NCBI RefSeq assembly: GCF_013315695.1
Contig: NZ_CP054353.1
Source: Escherichia coli
GTDB taxonomy: Bacteria > Pseudomonadota > Gammaproteobacteria > Enterobacterales > Enterobacteriaceae
Length of the DNA stretch: 64,000 nt
Reading direction: 5' to 3' (one strand)
Each line of letters opens with the position of its first letter. The first letter of the stretch is position 1. Positions 1-12,873 of this stretch are shown here, piece after piece. Under the pieces are notes generated by a model that ran no database searches, was not told the DNA's origin, and saw nothing but the letters and a program-made list of their open reading frames with translations. A program made the translations under genes and the position numbers.

Positions 1-2205
1 GCGCAAAAGCGCGGCCTGAAAGTCGGCAAGCAGCTGACTTTCGCCACCATGACATTTGCAGGCGACACACCGCAGCTGGCGAACGTCAAAGCGGTGGATG
101 ATATCTACCCGATGTATGGCGATCTGCAAACCAATCCCCCAGGCCTGAAACCGCAGGCGGGCAGCGTATTGCTGGCCCCACGCCTGATGGCACTGCTTAA
201 CCTGAAAACGGGCGACACCATTGACGTGGGCGATGCCACCTTGCGGATTGCCGGAGAAGTGATTCAGGAACCGGATTCCGGTTTTAACCCCTTCCAGATG
301 GCTCCGCGTCTGATGATGAATCTGGCGGATGTCGATAAAACCGGAGCCGTGCAGCCGGGGAGTCGGGTCACCTGGCGTTATAAATTCGGCGGCAACGAGA
401 ACCAGCTCGACGGCTATGAGAAATGGTTGTTACCCCAGCTTAAACCCGAACAACGCTGGTACGGTCTGGAACAGGACGAAGGCGCGCTGGGGCGATCGAT
501 AGAACGTTCGCAACAGTTCCTGCTGCTTTCGGCGCTTCTGACCTTGCTGCTGGCGGTGGCGGCGGTCGCGGTGGCGATGAATCATTACTGTCGCAGTCGC
601 TACGATCTGATGGCGATCCTCAAAACGCTGGGAGCAGGGCGAGCGCAATTGCGTAAGTTAATCGTCGGTCAGTGGTTGATGGTGCTGGTACTTTCAGCCG
701 TTACCGGCGGGGCTATAGGTCTGTTGTTCGAAAACGTGTTGATGATGCTGCTCAAACCCGTGCTACCTGCCGCTTTACCTCCTGCCAGCCTCTGGCCGTG
801 GCTGTGGGCGCTCGGCACCATGACAGTCATCTCGCTGCTGGTGGGGCTGCGACCATACCGCCTGTTGTTGGCAACGCAGCCTTTACGCGTGTTACGTAAT
901 GATGTGGTTGCAAACGTCTGGCCGCTGAAGTTTTATCTGCCGATTGTCAGTGTGGTGGTTGTGTTACTGCTCGCCGGACTGATGGGCGGCAGTATGCTGC
1001 TCTGGGCGGTGCTGGCGGGCGCGGTAGTACTGGCTTTGCTGTGCGGTGTCCTGGGCTGGATGCTGCTGAATGTACTTCGCCGCATGACGCTGAAATCGCT
1101 GCCTCTGCGCCTGGCGGTTAGCCGCCTGTTACGTCAGCCGTGGTCAACGTTAAGCCAGCTTTCGGCATTTTCGCTCTCCTTTATGCTGCTGGCACTGCTG
1201 CTGGTGTTGCATGGCGATCTGCTCGACCGCTGGCAGCAGCAGCTACCGCCAGAAAGCCCGAACTACTTTTTAATTAACATCGCCACAGAACAGGTAGCAC
1301 CGCTAAAAGCGTTCCTCGCGGAACATCAGATAGTCCCGGAATCGTTTTATCCGGTGGTGCGGGCGAGACTGACGGCGATTAACGGCAAGCCGACAGAAGG
1401 CAATGAAGATGAGGCGCTCAATCGCGAACTCAATCTTACCTGGCAAAATACGCGGCCCGATCATAATCCGATTGTCGCCGGTAACTGGCCGCCAAAAGCC
1501 GATGAAGTGTCGATGGAAGAGGGGCTGGCGAAACGCTTAAACGTTGCCCTCGGTGATACCGTGACTTTTATGGGCGATACCCAGGAGTTCCGCGCTAAAG
1601 TGACCAGCCTGCGCAAAGTGGACTGGGAAAGTCTGCGGCCTAATTTCTATTTTATTTTCCCTGAAGGGGCATTAGACGGGCAACCGCAGAGCTGGCTTAC
1701 CAGTTTCCGCTGGGAGAATGGCAACGGCATGTTGACGCAACTCAACCGCCAGTTCCCTACCATTAGCCTGTTAGACATTGGCGCGATTTTAAAACAGGTC
1801 GGTCAGGTGCTGGAGCAGGTAAGTCGGGCGCTGGAAGTGATGGTAGTGCTGGTCACTGCCTGCGGTATGTTGCTGTTGCTGGCACAGGTGCAGGTGGGAA
1901 TGCGTCAGCGTCATCAGGAGCTGGTGGTGTGGCGCACACTCGGTGCGGGCAAAAAACTGCTGCGCACGACATTGTGGTGTGAGTTCGCCATGCTCGGGTT
2001 TGTTTCTGGCCTGGTGGCCGCAATTGGTGCGGAAACGGCACTGGCAGTGTTGCAGGCGAAAGTGTTTGATTTCCCGTGGGAGCCAGACTGGCGATTGTGG
2101 ATTGTGCTGCCGTGCAGCGGTGCACTGCTGCTGTCGCTTTGCGGCGGCTGGCTGGGTGCGCGACTGGTTAAGGGTAAGGCGCTGTTCAGGCAGTTTGTGG
2201 GGTGA
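1..2205 (+). CDS. ybbP: FtsX-like ABC transporter permease, N-terminus outside window
   Basis: Reading frame is open from base 1 (listed ORF 49..2205); multiple hydrophobic TM segments; gene-order context upstream of selU. Confidence 0.75.
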   Translation, partial: AQKRGLKVGKQLTFATMTFAGDTPQLANVKAVDDIYPMYGDLQTNPPGLKPQAGSVLLAPRLMALLNLKTGDTIDVGDATLRIAGEVIQEPDSGFNPFQMAPRLMMNLADVDKTGAVQPGSRVTWRYKFGGNENQLDGYEKWLLPQLKPEQRWYGLEQDEGALGRSIERSQQFLLLSALLTLLLAVAAVAVAMNHYCRSRYDLMAILKTLGAGRAQLRKLIVGQWLMVLVLSAVTGGAIGLLFENVLMMLLKPVLPAALPPASLWPWLWALGTMTVISLLVGLRPYRLLLATQPLRVLRNDVVANVWPLKFYLPIVSVVVVLLLAGLMGGSMLLWAVLAGAVVLALLCGVLGWMLLNVLRRMTLKSLPLRLAVSRLLRQPWSTLSQLSAFSLSFMLLALLLVLHGDLLDRWQQQLPPESPNYFLINIATEQVAPLKAFLAEHQIVPESFYPVVRARLTAINGKPTEGNEDEALNRELNLTWQNTRPDHNPIVAGNWPPKADEVSMEEGLAKRLNVALGDTVTFMGDTQEFRAKVTSLRKVDWESLRPNFYFIFPEGALDGQPQSWLTSFRWENGNGMLTQLNRQFPTISLLDIGAILKQVGQVLEQVSRALEVMVVLVTACGMLLLLAQVQVGMRQRHQELVVWRTLGAGKKLLRTTLWCEFAMLGFVSGLVAAIGAETALAVLQAKVFDFPWEPDWRLWIVLPCSGALLLSLCGGWLGARLVKGKALFRQFVG

Positions 2206-2212
2206 TGACAGT

Positions 2213-2440
2213 CGTTAGATTGCCTGATGCGCTACGCTTATCAGGCCTACGAGGATCGTGCAATATATTGATTTTGCAAGATTGTGTAGGCCGGATAAGG
2301 CGTTTACGCCGCATCTGGCAGTTGTGCGCCGATGCCAGATGCGACGCAGGCGCGTCTTATCATGCCTACGAAACAGCACTCACCTGTAGGCTGGATAAGG
2401 CGTTCACGCCGCATCCGGCATGAACAGCGTGCACAGAATC
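2213..2440. repeat. REP/BIME-like palindromic repeat cluster
   Basis: Repeated GCCGGATAAGGCGTT(T/C)ACGCCGCATC(C/T)GGCA and GATGCG..CTTATCAGGCCTAC motifs in the intergenic region. Confidence 0.7.
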
Positions 2441-2445
2441 CCCCA

Positions 2446-3555
<1,110 letters not shown>

Positions 3556-3608
3556 TCAAATCAGCTTGCGCGCTATTTTACGCGCCAACGCGCAAGGAAA
3601 CTTGATTT

Positions 3609-4535
3609 TTAACTGCGTGGGTTGCCGAAAATTTCTAAAAATCCGCTGATTTCCGGCCTGCGTTGGGTAAACAAGGTCACAATATCTTCTACCGCTTTGC
3701 CGCTGCCAAATTTGCGCCATGCCAGACTCAATGGCGAAGGAGGGCGCATCGTTGGGATTACCCGGCTGACCAGTTGTTGATTATCGATCATTGACTGGCA
3801 AAGTGATTTTGGCAAAAAACCAATGCCAACGCCCGCCAGATGGGCGGCGATTTTCGTTTCCATATCAGGAACAATAATCTCTTTTTGCCCTGGCAATCGC
3901 CAGGCGACGCGTTTGGTTAAGGTGCGGGCGCTGTCTTCAATATTGACCGCCGGAAAGCGCCGCAACTGCGCTTCTGTTAGCGGCTCTTCAACGTTCGCCA
4001 GCGGATGATCCGCCGCCATGACAAAGCGCCATTGCACCGATCCTAAGGGATCAAGACTAAAGGTATTTGCCAGCGCCTCGGTTCCCGTGACGCCGATAGC
4101 CAGTGAAAAACCTTCGTATAATAGCGAATCCCAGACGCCCATATAGATTTGTCGGGAGATGTGAAACTGGGTAAAGGGGTAACGTTCATTCAGCCACGCC
4201 AGCAGTTGGGCGACGGCCTGGGGGTTATAGAGCAGGTTGTTGATGACAATATTTACCTGGCGTTCCACGCCATCATTCACCTGTTGCAGCTCGCTGGGCA
4301 TACTTTCCAGCCAGCTCAGCCAGTCTCTGGCCTGGGAAAGTAGATGCTCGCCAGCCGCTGTCAACGTCACGCTGCGAGTCGTGCGGAAAAAGAGCGCTAC
4401 TCCGGTATTCTCTTCCAGAAGTTTAATGCGATAACTGATCGTCGCCGTGGTTTTACATAATCGTTCTGCCGCTTTTGAAAAACTTCCTGTTTCAGCAACC
4501 GCAATGAAAGTCCGCAAGGTTTCTGGATCGAACAT
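3609..4535 (-). CDS. allS: LysR-family transcriptional activator of allantoin genes
   Basis: 308 aa; N-terminal LysR HTH; divergent from allA. Confidence 0.8.
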
Positions 4536-4642
4536 CTTCAGGTATCCCCTTTTAAATCCGCAAGTTGCGTGATTTTCTTATCCTCTGATTTATCAGTATT
4601 TTTACATGATAACCCTGTTCAATTTGTGGACTAAATCTAGTT

Positions 4643-4659
4643 TTGGAAAAATATTCCAA
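4643..4659. promoter_or_regulatory. 17-bp palindrome TTGGAAAAATATTCCAA, candidate AllR operator in the allS-allA intergenic region
   Basis: Perfect inverted repeat TTGGAA..TTCCAA; the same motif recurs upstream of gcl. Confidence 0.5.
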
Positions 4660-4764
4660 CTTTTGTATTGATGTTGTTCTCTTAAGGTTTTAGATTGCCT
4701 GTTATTGAAACCAAGCTGACCGGTCGGCGGTGGTTGAACGGAATTATGTTACAAGGACAAAAAG

Positions 4765-5247
4765 ATGAAACTTCAGGTATTACCGTTAAGTCAGGAAGCC
4801 TTTAGTGCTTATGGCGACGTAATCGAAACGCAGCAACGGGATTTTTTCCATATTAACAATGGCCTGGTGGAGCGTTACCACGATTTGGCGCTGGTTGAGA
4901 TTCTTGAGCAAGACCGTACGCTTATCAGCATTAACCGCGCGCAACCGGCGAATCTGCCGCTGACCATTCACGAACTCGAACGTCATCCGCTGGGCACTCA
5001 GGCCTTTATCCCGATGAAAGGTGAAGTGTTTGTGGTGGTCGTGGCGTTAGGTGACGACAAACCAGACTTGTCAACTCTGCGGGCGTTTATTACCAACGGC
5101 GAACAGGGGGTGAATTACCATCGTAACGTCTGGCATCATCCACTTTTCGCCTGGCAGCGCGTCACCGATTTCTTGACCATCGATCGCGGCGGCAGTGACA
5201 ACTGTGATGTTGAAAGTATTCCTGAACAGGAACTCTGTTTTGCGTGA
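4765..5247 (+). CDS. allA: ureidoglycolate lyase
   Basis: 160 aa ORF; context. Confidence 0.8.
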
Positions 5248-5324
5248 CGCCTGCAACCGACTTGCATAAGATAAACGAATTGTTCATTGTTTATGCTCAT
5301 TTGTAGGTCGGAGTTAACGTAGGT

Positions 5325-6140
5325 ATGACGGAAGTTAGACGGCGCGGCAGGCCAGGACAGGCGGAGCCTGTGGCACAGAAGGGCGCACAGGCGTTAGAGC
5401 GGGGAATTGCGATTCTGCAATATCTGGAAAAAAGTGGGGGAAGTTCGTCGGTTAGCGATATTTCTCTCAATCTGGATTTGCCGCTCTCCACGACCTTTCG
5501 CTTGCTGAAGGTTTTACAGGCAGCGGATTTTGTCTATCAGGACAGTCAGTTAGGCTGGTGGCATATAGGATTAGGTGTCTTTAACGTCGGTGCGGCGTAC
5601 ATCCATAACCGCGATGTCCTCTCCGTCGCCGGGCCGTTTATGCGCCGCCTGATGTTACTTTCCGGCGAAACGGTCAATGTCGCGATCCGTAACGGCAATG
5701 AAGCGGTATTAATTGGTCAGTTAGAGTGTAAATCGATGGTCAGGATGTGTGCGCCGCTGGGCAGTCGTCTGCCGCTGCATGCTTCCGGTGCGGGCAAGGC
5801 GCTGCTTTATCCGCTGGCGGAAGAGGAGTTGATGAGCATCATTCTGCAAACCGGTTTGCAGCAGTTTACGCCAACGACGCTTGTGGATATGCCCACCTTG
5901 CTGAAGGACCTGGAACAAGCGCGTGAACTGGGCTATACCGTAGATAAAGAAGAGCATGTTGTCGGCCTGAATTGCATAGCTTCAGCAATTTACGATGATG
6001 TAGGTAGTGTTGTTGCCGCTATCTCCATCTCCGGGCCTTCATCAAGACTGACAGAAGATCGTTTTGTCAGTCAGGGTGAGCTGGTCAGAGACACCGCCCG
6101 CGATATCAGCACGGCGTTGGGACTGAAAGCACATCCATAG
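5325..6140 (+). CDS. allR: IclR-family repressor of allantoin/glyoxylate genes
   Basis: 271 aa; IclR-type HTH plus effector domain; context. Confidence 0.8.
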
Positions 6141-6192
6141 TGTCTGTCGTATCCCGCTCTGCGGAGCGGGTTTTTTTGACAAAATTTGAAAG

Positions 6193-6209
6193 TTGGAAAA
6201 TTTTTCCAA
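6193..6209. promoter_or_regulatory. 17-bp palindrome TTGGAAAATTTTTCCAA, candidate AllR operator upstream of gcl
   Basis: Inverted repeat about 20 bp upstream of the gcl RBS. Confidence 0.5.
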
Positions 6210-6229
6210 TTAATAGAGGTAGGAATAAA

Positions 6230-8011
6230 ATGGCAAAAATGAGAGCCGTTGACGCGGCAATGTATGTGCTGGAGAAAGAAGGTATCATCACCGCCTTCGG
6301 CGTTCCGGGAGCTGCAATCAATCCGTTCTACTCAGCGATGCGTAAGCACGGCGGTATTCGTCACATTCTGGCGCGTCATGTGGAAGGTGCTTCGCACATG
6401 GCGGAAGGTTATACCCGCGCAACGGCAGGGAATATCGGCGTATGTCTGGGGACTTCCGGTCCTGCGGGCACGGACATGATCACCGCGCTCTATTCTGCTT
6501 CTGCTGATTCCATTCCTATTCTGTGTATTACCGGCCAGGCTCCGCGCGCCCGTCTGCATAAAGAAGATTTCCAGGCCGTTGATATTGAAGCAATTGCTAA
6601 ACCGGTCAGCAAAATGGCGGTTACAGTTCGTGAAGCGGCGCTGGTGCCTCGTGTGCTGCAACAGGCGTTTCACCTGATGCGTTCTGGTCGCCCGGGTCCG
6701 GTACTGGTGGATTTACCGTTCGACGTTCAGGTTGCGGAAATCGAGTTTGATCCTGACATGTACGAACCGCTGCCGGTCTACAAACCTGCTGCCAGCCGTA
6801 TGCAGATCGAAAAAGCTGTAGAAATGTTAATTCAGGCCGAACGTCCGGTGATTGTTGCCGGGGGCGGGGTAATCAATGCTGACGCTGCTGCACTGTTACA
6901 ACAGTTTGCTGAACTGACCAGCGTTCCGGTGATCCCAACGCTGATGGGCTGGGGCTGTATCCCGGACGATCATGAACTGATGGCCGGGATGGTGGGTCTG
7001 CAAACCGCGCATCGTTACGGTAACGCAACGTTGCTGGCGTCCGACATGGTGTTTGGTATCGGTAACCGTTTTGCTAACCGTCATACCGGTTCGGTAGAGA
7101 AATACACCGAAGGGCGCAAAATCGTTCATATCGATATTGAGCCGACGCAAATTGGCCGCGTGCTGTGTCCGGATCTCGGCATTGTCTCTGATGCTAAAGC
7201 GGCGCTGACGCTGCTGGTTGAAGTGGCGCAGGAGATGCAAAAAGCGGGTCGTCTGCCGTGTCGTAAAGAATGGGTCGCCGACTGCCAGCAGCGCAAACGT
7301 ACTTTGCTGCGCAAAACCCACTTCGACAATGTGCCGGTGAAACCGCAGCGCGTGTATGAAGAGATGAACAAAGCCTTTGGTCGCGATGTTTGTTATGTCA
7401 CCACCATTGGCCTGTCACAAATCGCTGCGGCACAAATGCTGCATGTCTTTAAAGACCGCCACTGGATCAACTGTGGGCAGGCAGGCCCGCTGGGCTGGAC
7501 CATTCCGGCGGCGCTGGGGGTTTGTGCCGCTGATCCAGAGCGCAAAGTGGTGGCGATTTCCGGTGACTTCGACTTCCAGTTCCTGATTGAAGAATTGGCC
7601 GTTGGCGCACAGTTCAACATTCCGTACATCCATGTACTGGTCAATAACGCCTATCTGGGGCTGATTCGCCAGTCGCAGCGCGCGTTTGATATGGATTACT
7701 GCGTACAGCTCGCGTTCGAAAATATTAACTCCAGTGAAGTGAACGGTTACGGCGTCGACCACGTAAAAGTAGCGGAAGGTTTAGGTTGTAAAGCAATTCG
7801 CGTTTTCAAACCGGAAGATATTGCACCAGCCTTTGAACAGGCGAAAGTCTTAATGGCGCAATATCGGGTACCGGTAGTCGTGGAAGTTATTCTCGAGCGT
7901 GTGACCAATATTTCGATGGGCAGTGAACTGGATAACGTCATGGAATTTGAAGATATCGCCGATAACGCAGCGGACGCACCGACTGAAACCTGTTTCATGC
8001 ACTATGAATAA
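6230..8011 (+). CDS. gcl: glyoxylate carboligase (ThDP enzyme)
   Basis: 593 aa from [19 protein letters not shown]; ThDP-binding family features; start chosen at internal ATG after RBS AGGAATAAAA. Confidence 0.9.
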   Translation: MAKMRAVDAAMYVLEKEGIITAFGVPGAAINPFYSAMRKHGGIRHILARHVEGASHMAEGYTRATAGNIGVCLGTSGPAGTDMITALYSASADSIPILCITGQAPRARLHKEDFQAVDIEAIAKPVSKMAVTVREAALVPRVLQQAFHLMRSGRPGPVLVDLPFDVQVAEIEFDPDMYEPLPVYKPAASRMQIEKAVEMLIQAERPVIVAGGGVINADAAALLQQFAELTSVPVIPTLMGWGCIPDDHELMAGMVGLQTAHRYGNATLLASDMVFGIGNRFANRHTGSVEKYTEGRKIVHIDIEPTQIGRVLCPDLGIVSDAKAALTLLVEVAQEMQKAGRLPCRKEWVADCQQRKRTLLRKTHFDNVPVKPQRVYEEMNKAFGRDVCYVTTIGLSQIAAAQMLHVFKDRHWINCGQAGPLGWTIPAALGVCAADPERKVVAISGDFDFQFLIEELAVGAQFNIPYIHVLVNNAYLGLIRQSQRAFDMDYCVQLAFENINSSEVNGYGVDHVKVAEGLGCKAIRVFKPEDIAPAFEQAKVLMAQYRVPVVVEVILERVTNISMGSELDNVMEFEDIADNAADAPTETCFMHYE

Positions 8012-8023
8012 GGGAGATAAATA

Positions 8024-8800
8024 ATGTTACGTTTCTCTGCTAATTTATCGATGTTATTTGGTGAATATGATTTTCTCGCCCGTTTTGAGAAAGCTGCGCA
8101 GTGTGGTTTTCGCGGCGTTGAATTTATGTTCCCTTATGACTACGACATTGAAGAATTAAAACAGGTGCTGGCGAGTAATAAACTCGAACATACGCTGCAC
8201 AATTTACCGGCAGGTGACTGGGCGGCGGGCGAGCGGGGTATTGCCTGTATTCCTGGCCGTGAAGAAGAGTTTCGGGATGGCGTAGCAGCAGCGATTCGTT
8301 ATGCTCGTGCGCTGGGTAATAAAAAAATTAACTGTCTGGTCGGTAAAATGCCAGCTGGTTTCAGCAGTGAACAGATTCACGCAACGCTTGTAGAAAACCT
8401 GCGTTATGCCGCGAATATGCTGATGAAAGAAGATATTTTATTACTGATTGAACCTATCAACCATTTTGATATTCCTGGTTTCCATCTCACCGGAACCCGG
8501 CAGGCACTGAAACTGATTGACGATGTTGGTTGCTGCAATTTGAAAATTCAGTATGACATTTATCACATGCAGCGGATGGAAGGTGAATTAACTAATACCA
8601 TGACTCAGTGGGCCGATAAAATTGGTCACCTGCAAATCGCTGATAATCCGCATCGCGGCGAACCGGGAACCGGAGAAATTAATTACGAATATCTCTTTAC
8701 GGTAATTGAAAATTCTGACTACAACGGTTGGGTTGGCTGTGAATATAAACCCCAAACCACCACGGAAGCTGGTTTAGGCTGGATGGATCCGTACCGTTAA
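8024..8800 (+). CDS. hyi: hydroxypyruvate isomerase
   Basis: 258 aa; TIM-barrel xylose-isomerase-like; context. Confidence 0.85.
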   Translation: MLRFSANLSMLFGEYDFLARFEKAAQCGFRGVEFMFPYDYDIEELKQVLASNKLEHTLHNLPAGDWAAGERGIACIPGREEEFRDGVAAAIRYARALGNKKINCLVGKMPAGFSSEQIHATLVENLRYAANMLMKEDILLLIEPINHFDIPGFHLTGTRQALKLIDDVGCCNLKIQYDIYHMQRMEGELTNTMTQWADKIGHLQIADNPHRGEPGTGEINYEYLFTVIENSDYNGWVGCEYKPQTTTEAGLGWMDPYR

Positions 8801-8899
8801 AACGTAACGCTATTCAGACAATGCTTTTTTAGGCCGCTAAGTTGGCAGGGGATCGTGTTGTCTGAATTCAGGAAAAGCGAAATTTAAAAGAGGTTAATT

Positions 8900-9778
8900 A
8901 TGAAACTGGGATTTATTGGCTTAGGCATTATGGGTACACCGATGGCCATTAATCTGGCACGTGCTGGTCATCAACTGCATGTCACAACCATTGGTCCGGT
9001 TGCTGATGAATTACTGTCACTGGGTGCCGTCAGTGTTGAAACGGCGCGCCAGGTAACGGAAGCATCGGACATCATTTTTATTATGGTGCCGGATACGCCA
9101 CAGGTTGAAGACGTTCTGTTTGGTGAAAATGGTTGTACCAAAGCCTCGCTGAAGGGCAAAACCATTGTTGATATGAGCTCCATTTCCCCGATCGAAACTA
9201 AACGTTTCGCTCGTCAGGTGAATGAACTGGGCGGCGATTATCTCGATGCGCCCGTCTCCGGCGGTGAAATCGGCGCGCGTGAAGGGACGTTGTCGATTAT
9301 GGTTGGCGGTGACGAAGCGGTATTTGAACGTGTTAAACCGCTGTTTGAACTGCTCGGTAAAAATATCACCCTCGTGGGCGGTAACGGCGACGGTCAAACC
9401 TGCAAAGTGGCAAATCAGATTATCGTGGCGCTCAATATTGAAGCGGTTTCTGAAGCCCTGCTATTTGCTTCAAAAGCCGGAGCGGATCCGGTACGTGTGC
9501 GCCAGGCGCTGATGGGCGGCTTTGCTTCCTCACGTATTCTGGAAGTTCACGGTGAGCGCATGATTAAACGCACCTTTAATCCAGGTTTTAAAATTGCGCT
9601 GCACCAGAAAGATCTCAACCTGGCACTGCAAAGTGCGAAAGCACTGGCGCTGAATCTGCCAAACACCGCGACCTGCCAGGAATTGTTTAATACCTGTGCG
9701 GCAAACGGTGGTAGCCAGTTGGATCACTCTGCGTTAGTGCAGGCGCTGGAATTAATGGCTAACCATAAACTGGCCTGA
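8900..9778 (+). CDS. glxR: tartronate semialdehyde reductase
   Basis: 292 aa; N-terminal GxGxxG Rossmann motif (GFIGLGIMG). Confidence 0.85.
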   Translation: MKLGFIGLGIMGTPMAINLARAGHQLHVTTIGPVADELLSLGAVSVETARQVTEASDIIFIMVPDTPQVEDVLFGENGCTKASLKGKTIVDMSSISPIETKRFARQVNELGGDYLDAPVSGGEIGAREGTLSIMVGGDEAVFERVKPLFELLGKNITLVGGNGDGQTCKVANQIIVALNIEAVSEALLFASKAGADPVRVRQALMGGFASSRILEVHGERMIKRTFNPGFKIALHQKDLNLALQSAKALALNLPNTATCQELFNTCAANGGSQLDHSALVQALELMANHKLA

Positions 9779-9947
9779 TACCCGCAATAAAAATGGCCGA
9801 TATCAGAAAATGAATCGGCCAGCAATATTAAAAAAAGAAAGCAGCCAAAGATGTTGCTTCAGTATTAAAAATAATATTTTTATTTTATTTGTTCCTCATA
9901 GCTAGATTAAAAAGACGTTATTCGATACGTGAAATTAAGAGGGATTT

Positions 9948-11402
9948 ATGGAACATCAGAGAAAACTATTCCAGCAACGCGGCTATAGCGAAGATCTATT
10001 GCCGAAAACGCAAAGCCAGCGGACCTGGAAAACATTTAACTATTTTACCTTATGGATGGGTTCGGTTCATAACGTTCCCAATTATGTGATGGTCGGCGGC
10101 TTTTTTATTCTCGGCTTGTCTACCTTTAGTATTATGCTGGCAATTATCCTCAGCGCCTTTTTCATTGCCGCGGTAATGGTATTAAACGGTGCTGCGGGCA
10201 GTAAATACGGTGTGCCTTTTGCCATGATCCTGCGTGCTTCTTACGGCGTACGTGGTGCACTGTTTCCCGGATTATTAAGAGGCGGGATTGCTGCCATTAT
10301 GTGGTTTGGCCTGCAATGTTACGCTGGATCGCTGGCCTGCTTGATCCTGATTGGCAAAATCTGGCCGGGATTTTTAACTCTCGGTGGTGATTTTACCCTG
10401 TTAGGGCTTTCTCTACCGGGTTTAATCACTTTCTTACTCTTCTGGCTGGTGAACGTCGGAATCGGTTTCGGTGGTGGCAAAGTTTTAAATAAATTCACCG
10501 CCATTCTTAACCCGTGCATCTATGTTGTCTTCGGCGGTATGGCGATTTGGGCGATTTCGCTGGTCGGGATCGGTCCAATCTTTGACTACATTCCGGGCGG
10601 TATTCAGAAAGCAGAAAACGGTGGCTTCCTGTTCCTGGTGGTGATTAACGCGGTAGTTGCGGTCTGGGCGGCACCGGCGGTGAGCGCATCCGACTTTACG
10701 CAAAACGCCCACTCGTTTCGTGAGCAGGCGCTGGGGCAAACGCTGGGTTTAGTTGTGGCCTATATTCTGTTTGCGGTCGCCGGGGTATGTATTATTGCCG
10801 GAGCCAGTATTCACTACGGCGCGGACACCTGGAACGTGCTGGATATTGTTCAGCGTTGGGACAGCCTGTTTGCCTCGTTCTTTGCGGTACTGGTTATTCT
10901 GATGACGACTATCTCCACTAACGCCACCGGTAATATTATTCCGGCTGGTTATCAGATAGCCGCTATTGCACCGACGAAACTGACCTATAAAAACGGCGTA
11001 CTGATTGCCAGTATTATCAGCTTGCTGATCTGCCCGTGGAAATTAATGGAAAATCAGGACAGCATTTATCTGTTCCTCGATATTATCGGCGGAATGCTGG
11101 GTCCGGTAATTGGTGTCATGATGGCGCATTATTTTGTGGTGATGCGCGGACAAATTAATCTTGATGAACTGTATACCGCAGCAGGGGATTTCAAATATTA
11201 CGATAACGGCTTTAACCTTACCGCGTTCTCAGTAACTTTGGTCGCCGTTATTTTATCTCTCGGTGGTAAATTTATTCCGTTCATGGAGCCTTTATCACGC
11301 GTTTCATGGTTTGTCGGCGTTATTGTCGCCTTTGCGGCCTACGCCTTATTAAAGAAACGTACTGCAGCAGAAAAAACAGGAGAACAAAAAGTCACAGGTT
11401 AA
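9948..11402 (+). CDS. ybbW: NCS1-family allantoin permease
   Basis: 484 aa polytopic membrane protein; context. Confidence 0.8.
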   Translation: MEHQRKLFQQRGYSEDLLPKTQSQRTWKTFNYFTLWMGSVHNVPNYVMVGGFFILGLSTFSIMLAIILSAFFIAAVMVLNGAAGSKYGVPFAMILRASYGVRGALFPGLLRGGIAAIMWFGLQCYAGSLACLILIGKIWPGFLTLGGDFTLLGLSLPGLITFLLFWLVNVGIGFGGGKVLNKFTAILNPCIYVVFGGMAIWAISLVGIGPIFDYIPGGIQKAENGGFLFLVVINAVVAVWAAPAVSASDFTQNAHSFREQALGQTLGLVVAYILFAVAGVCIIAGASIHYGADTWNVLDIVQRWDSLFASFFAVLVILMTTISTNATGNIIPAGYQIAAIAPTKLTYKNGVLIASIISLLICPWKLMENQDSIYLFLDIIGGMLGPVIGVMMAHYFVVMRGQINLDELYTAAGDFKYYDNGFNLTAFSVTLVAVILSLGGKFIPFMEPLSRVSWFVGVIVAFAAYALLKKRTAAEKTGEQKVTG

Positions 11403-11462
11403 TTAATCCCGATATTGAACATTGAGTTAAAAAACCAATTTGTATTTTACAAGGAGTTTGTT

Positions 11463-12824
11463 ATGTCTTTTGATTTAATTATTAAAAACGGCACCGTTAT
11501 TTTAGAAAACGAAGCTCGCGTAGTGGATGTCGCCGTTAAAGGCGGAAAAATTGCTGCTATCGGTCAGGATCTGGGCGATGCAAAAGAAGTTATGGATGCG
11601 TCTGGTCTGGTGGTTTCGCCAGGCATGGTTGATGCGCACACCCATATTTCTGAACCGGGTCGCAGCCACTGGGAAGGTTATGAAACCGGTACTCGCGCAG
11701 CAGCAAAAGGTGGTATCACCACCATGATCGAAATGCCGCTCAACCAGCTGCCTGCAACGGTTGACCGCGCATCGATTGAACTGAAGTTTGATGCCGCTAA
11801 AGGCAAGCTGACTATCGATGCGGCGCAACTCGGTGGCCTGGTGTCTTACAACATCGACCGTCTGCATGAGCTGGATGAAGTGGGCGTTGTCGGCTTCAAA
11901 TGCTTCGTTGCGACCTGTGGCGATCGCGGTATCGACAACGACTTCCGTGACGTCAATGACTGGCAGTTCTTCAAAGGTGCGCAGAAGCTGGGCGAACTGG
12001 GACAGCCGGTGTTGGTGCACTGCGAAAACGCGCTGATCTGTGACGAACTTGGCGAAGAAGCGAAACGTGAAGGTCGCGTAACCGCACATGACTATGTGGC
12101 TTCGCGTCCGGTATTTACCGAAGTGGAAGCGATTCGCCGCGTGCTGTACCTGGCGAAAGTTGCTGGTTGCCGTCTGCACGTTTGTCATATCAGCAGCCCG
12201 GAAGGTGTTGAGGAAGTGACTCGTGCACGTCAGGAAGGTCAGGACGTTACCTGTGAATCCTGCCCGCATTACTTTGTGCTGGATACCGACCAGTTTGAAG
12301 AAATCGGTACACTGGCGAAGTGTTCACCGCCGATCCGCGATCTGGAAAACCAGAAAGGCATGTGGGAAAAACTGTTTAACGGTGAAATCGACTGCCTGGT
12401 TTCCGACCACTCTCCATGCCCGCCGGAAATGAAAGCCGGTAACATTATGAAAGCATGGGGCGGTATCGCCGGTCTGCAAAGCTGCATGGACGTGATGTTC
12501 GATGAAGCGGTACAGAAACGCGGTATGTCTCTGCCGATGTTCGGCAAATTAATGGCGACTAACGCAGCAGATATTTTCGGTCTGCAGCAAAAAGGCCGTA
12601 TCGCCCCAGGAAAAGATGCCGACTTCGTCTTCATTCAGCCGAATAGCAGCTATGTTCTTACCAATGACGATCTGGAATATCGCCACAAAGTCAGCCCGTA
12701 TGTTGGCCGTACCATTGGCGCGCGTGTCACGAAAACTATCTTACGTGGTGATGTGATTTACGACATTGAACAGGGCTTCCCTGTTGCGCCGAAAGGTCAA
12801 TTTATCCTTAAACATCAGCAGTAA
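11463..12824 (+). CDS. allB: allantoinase (cyclic amidohydrolase)
   Basis: 453 aa from [10 protein letters not shown]; metal-binding DAHTH motif. Confidence 0.85.
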   Translation: MSFDLIIKNGTVILENEARVVDVAVKGGKIAAIGQDLGDAKEVMDASGLVVSPGMVDAHTHISEPGRSHWEGYETGTRAAAKGGITTMIEMPLNQLPATVDRASIELKFDAAKGKLTIDAAQLGGLVSYNIDRLHELDEVGVVGFKCFVATCGDRGIDNDFRDVNDWQFFKGAQKLGELGQPVLVHCENALICDELGEEAKREGRVTAHDYVASRPVFTEVEAIRRVLYLAKVAGCRLHVCHISSPEGVEEVTRARQEGQDVTCESCPHYFVLDTDQFEEIGTLAKCSPPIRDLENQKGMWEKLFNGEIDCLVSDHSPCPPEMKAGNIMKAWGGIAGLQSCMDVMFDEAVQKRGMSLPMFGKLMATNAADIFGLQQKGRIAPGKDADFVFIQPNSSYVLTNDDLEYRHKVSPYVGRTIGARVTKTILRGDVIYDIEQGFPVAPKGQFILKHQQ

Positions 12825-12873
12825 TCTGGCCCTGCAATGCCCGTCCTTGTGGCGGGCATTCTCCGGTTAAGGT

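Noticed and set aside
8800-8900. Long-range inverted repeat ATTCAGACAA…TTGTCTGAAT between hyi and glxR
   Set aside because: Arms are separated by about 35 nt with no U tract; cannot distinguish an attenuator from a chance palindrome.
11502-12269. 255-aa minus-strand ORF
   Set aside because: Antisense within allB.
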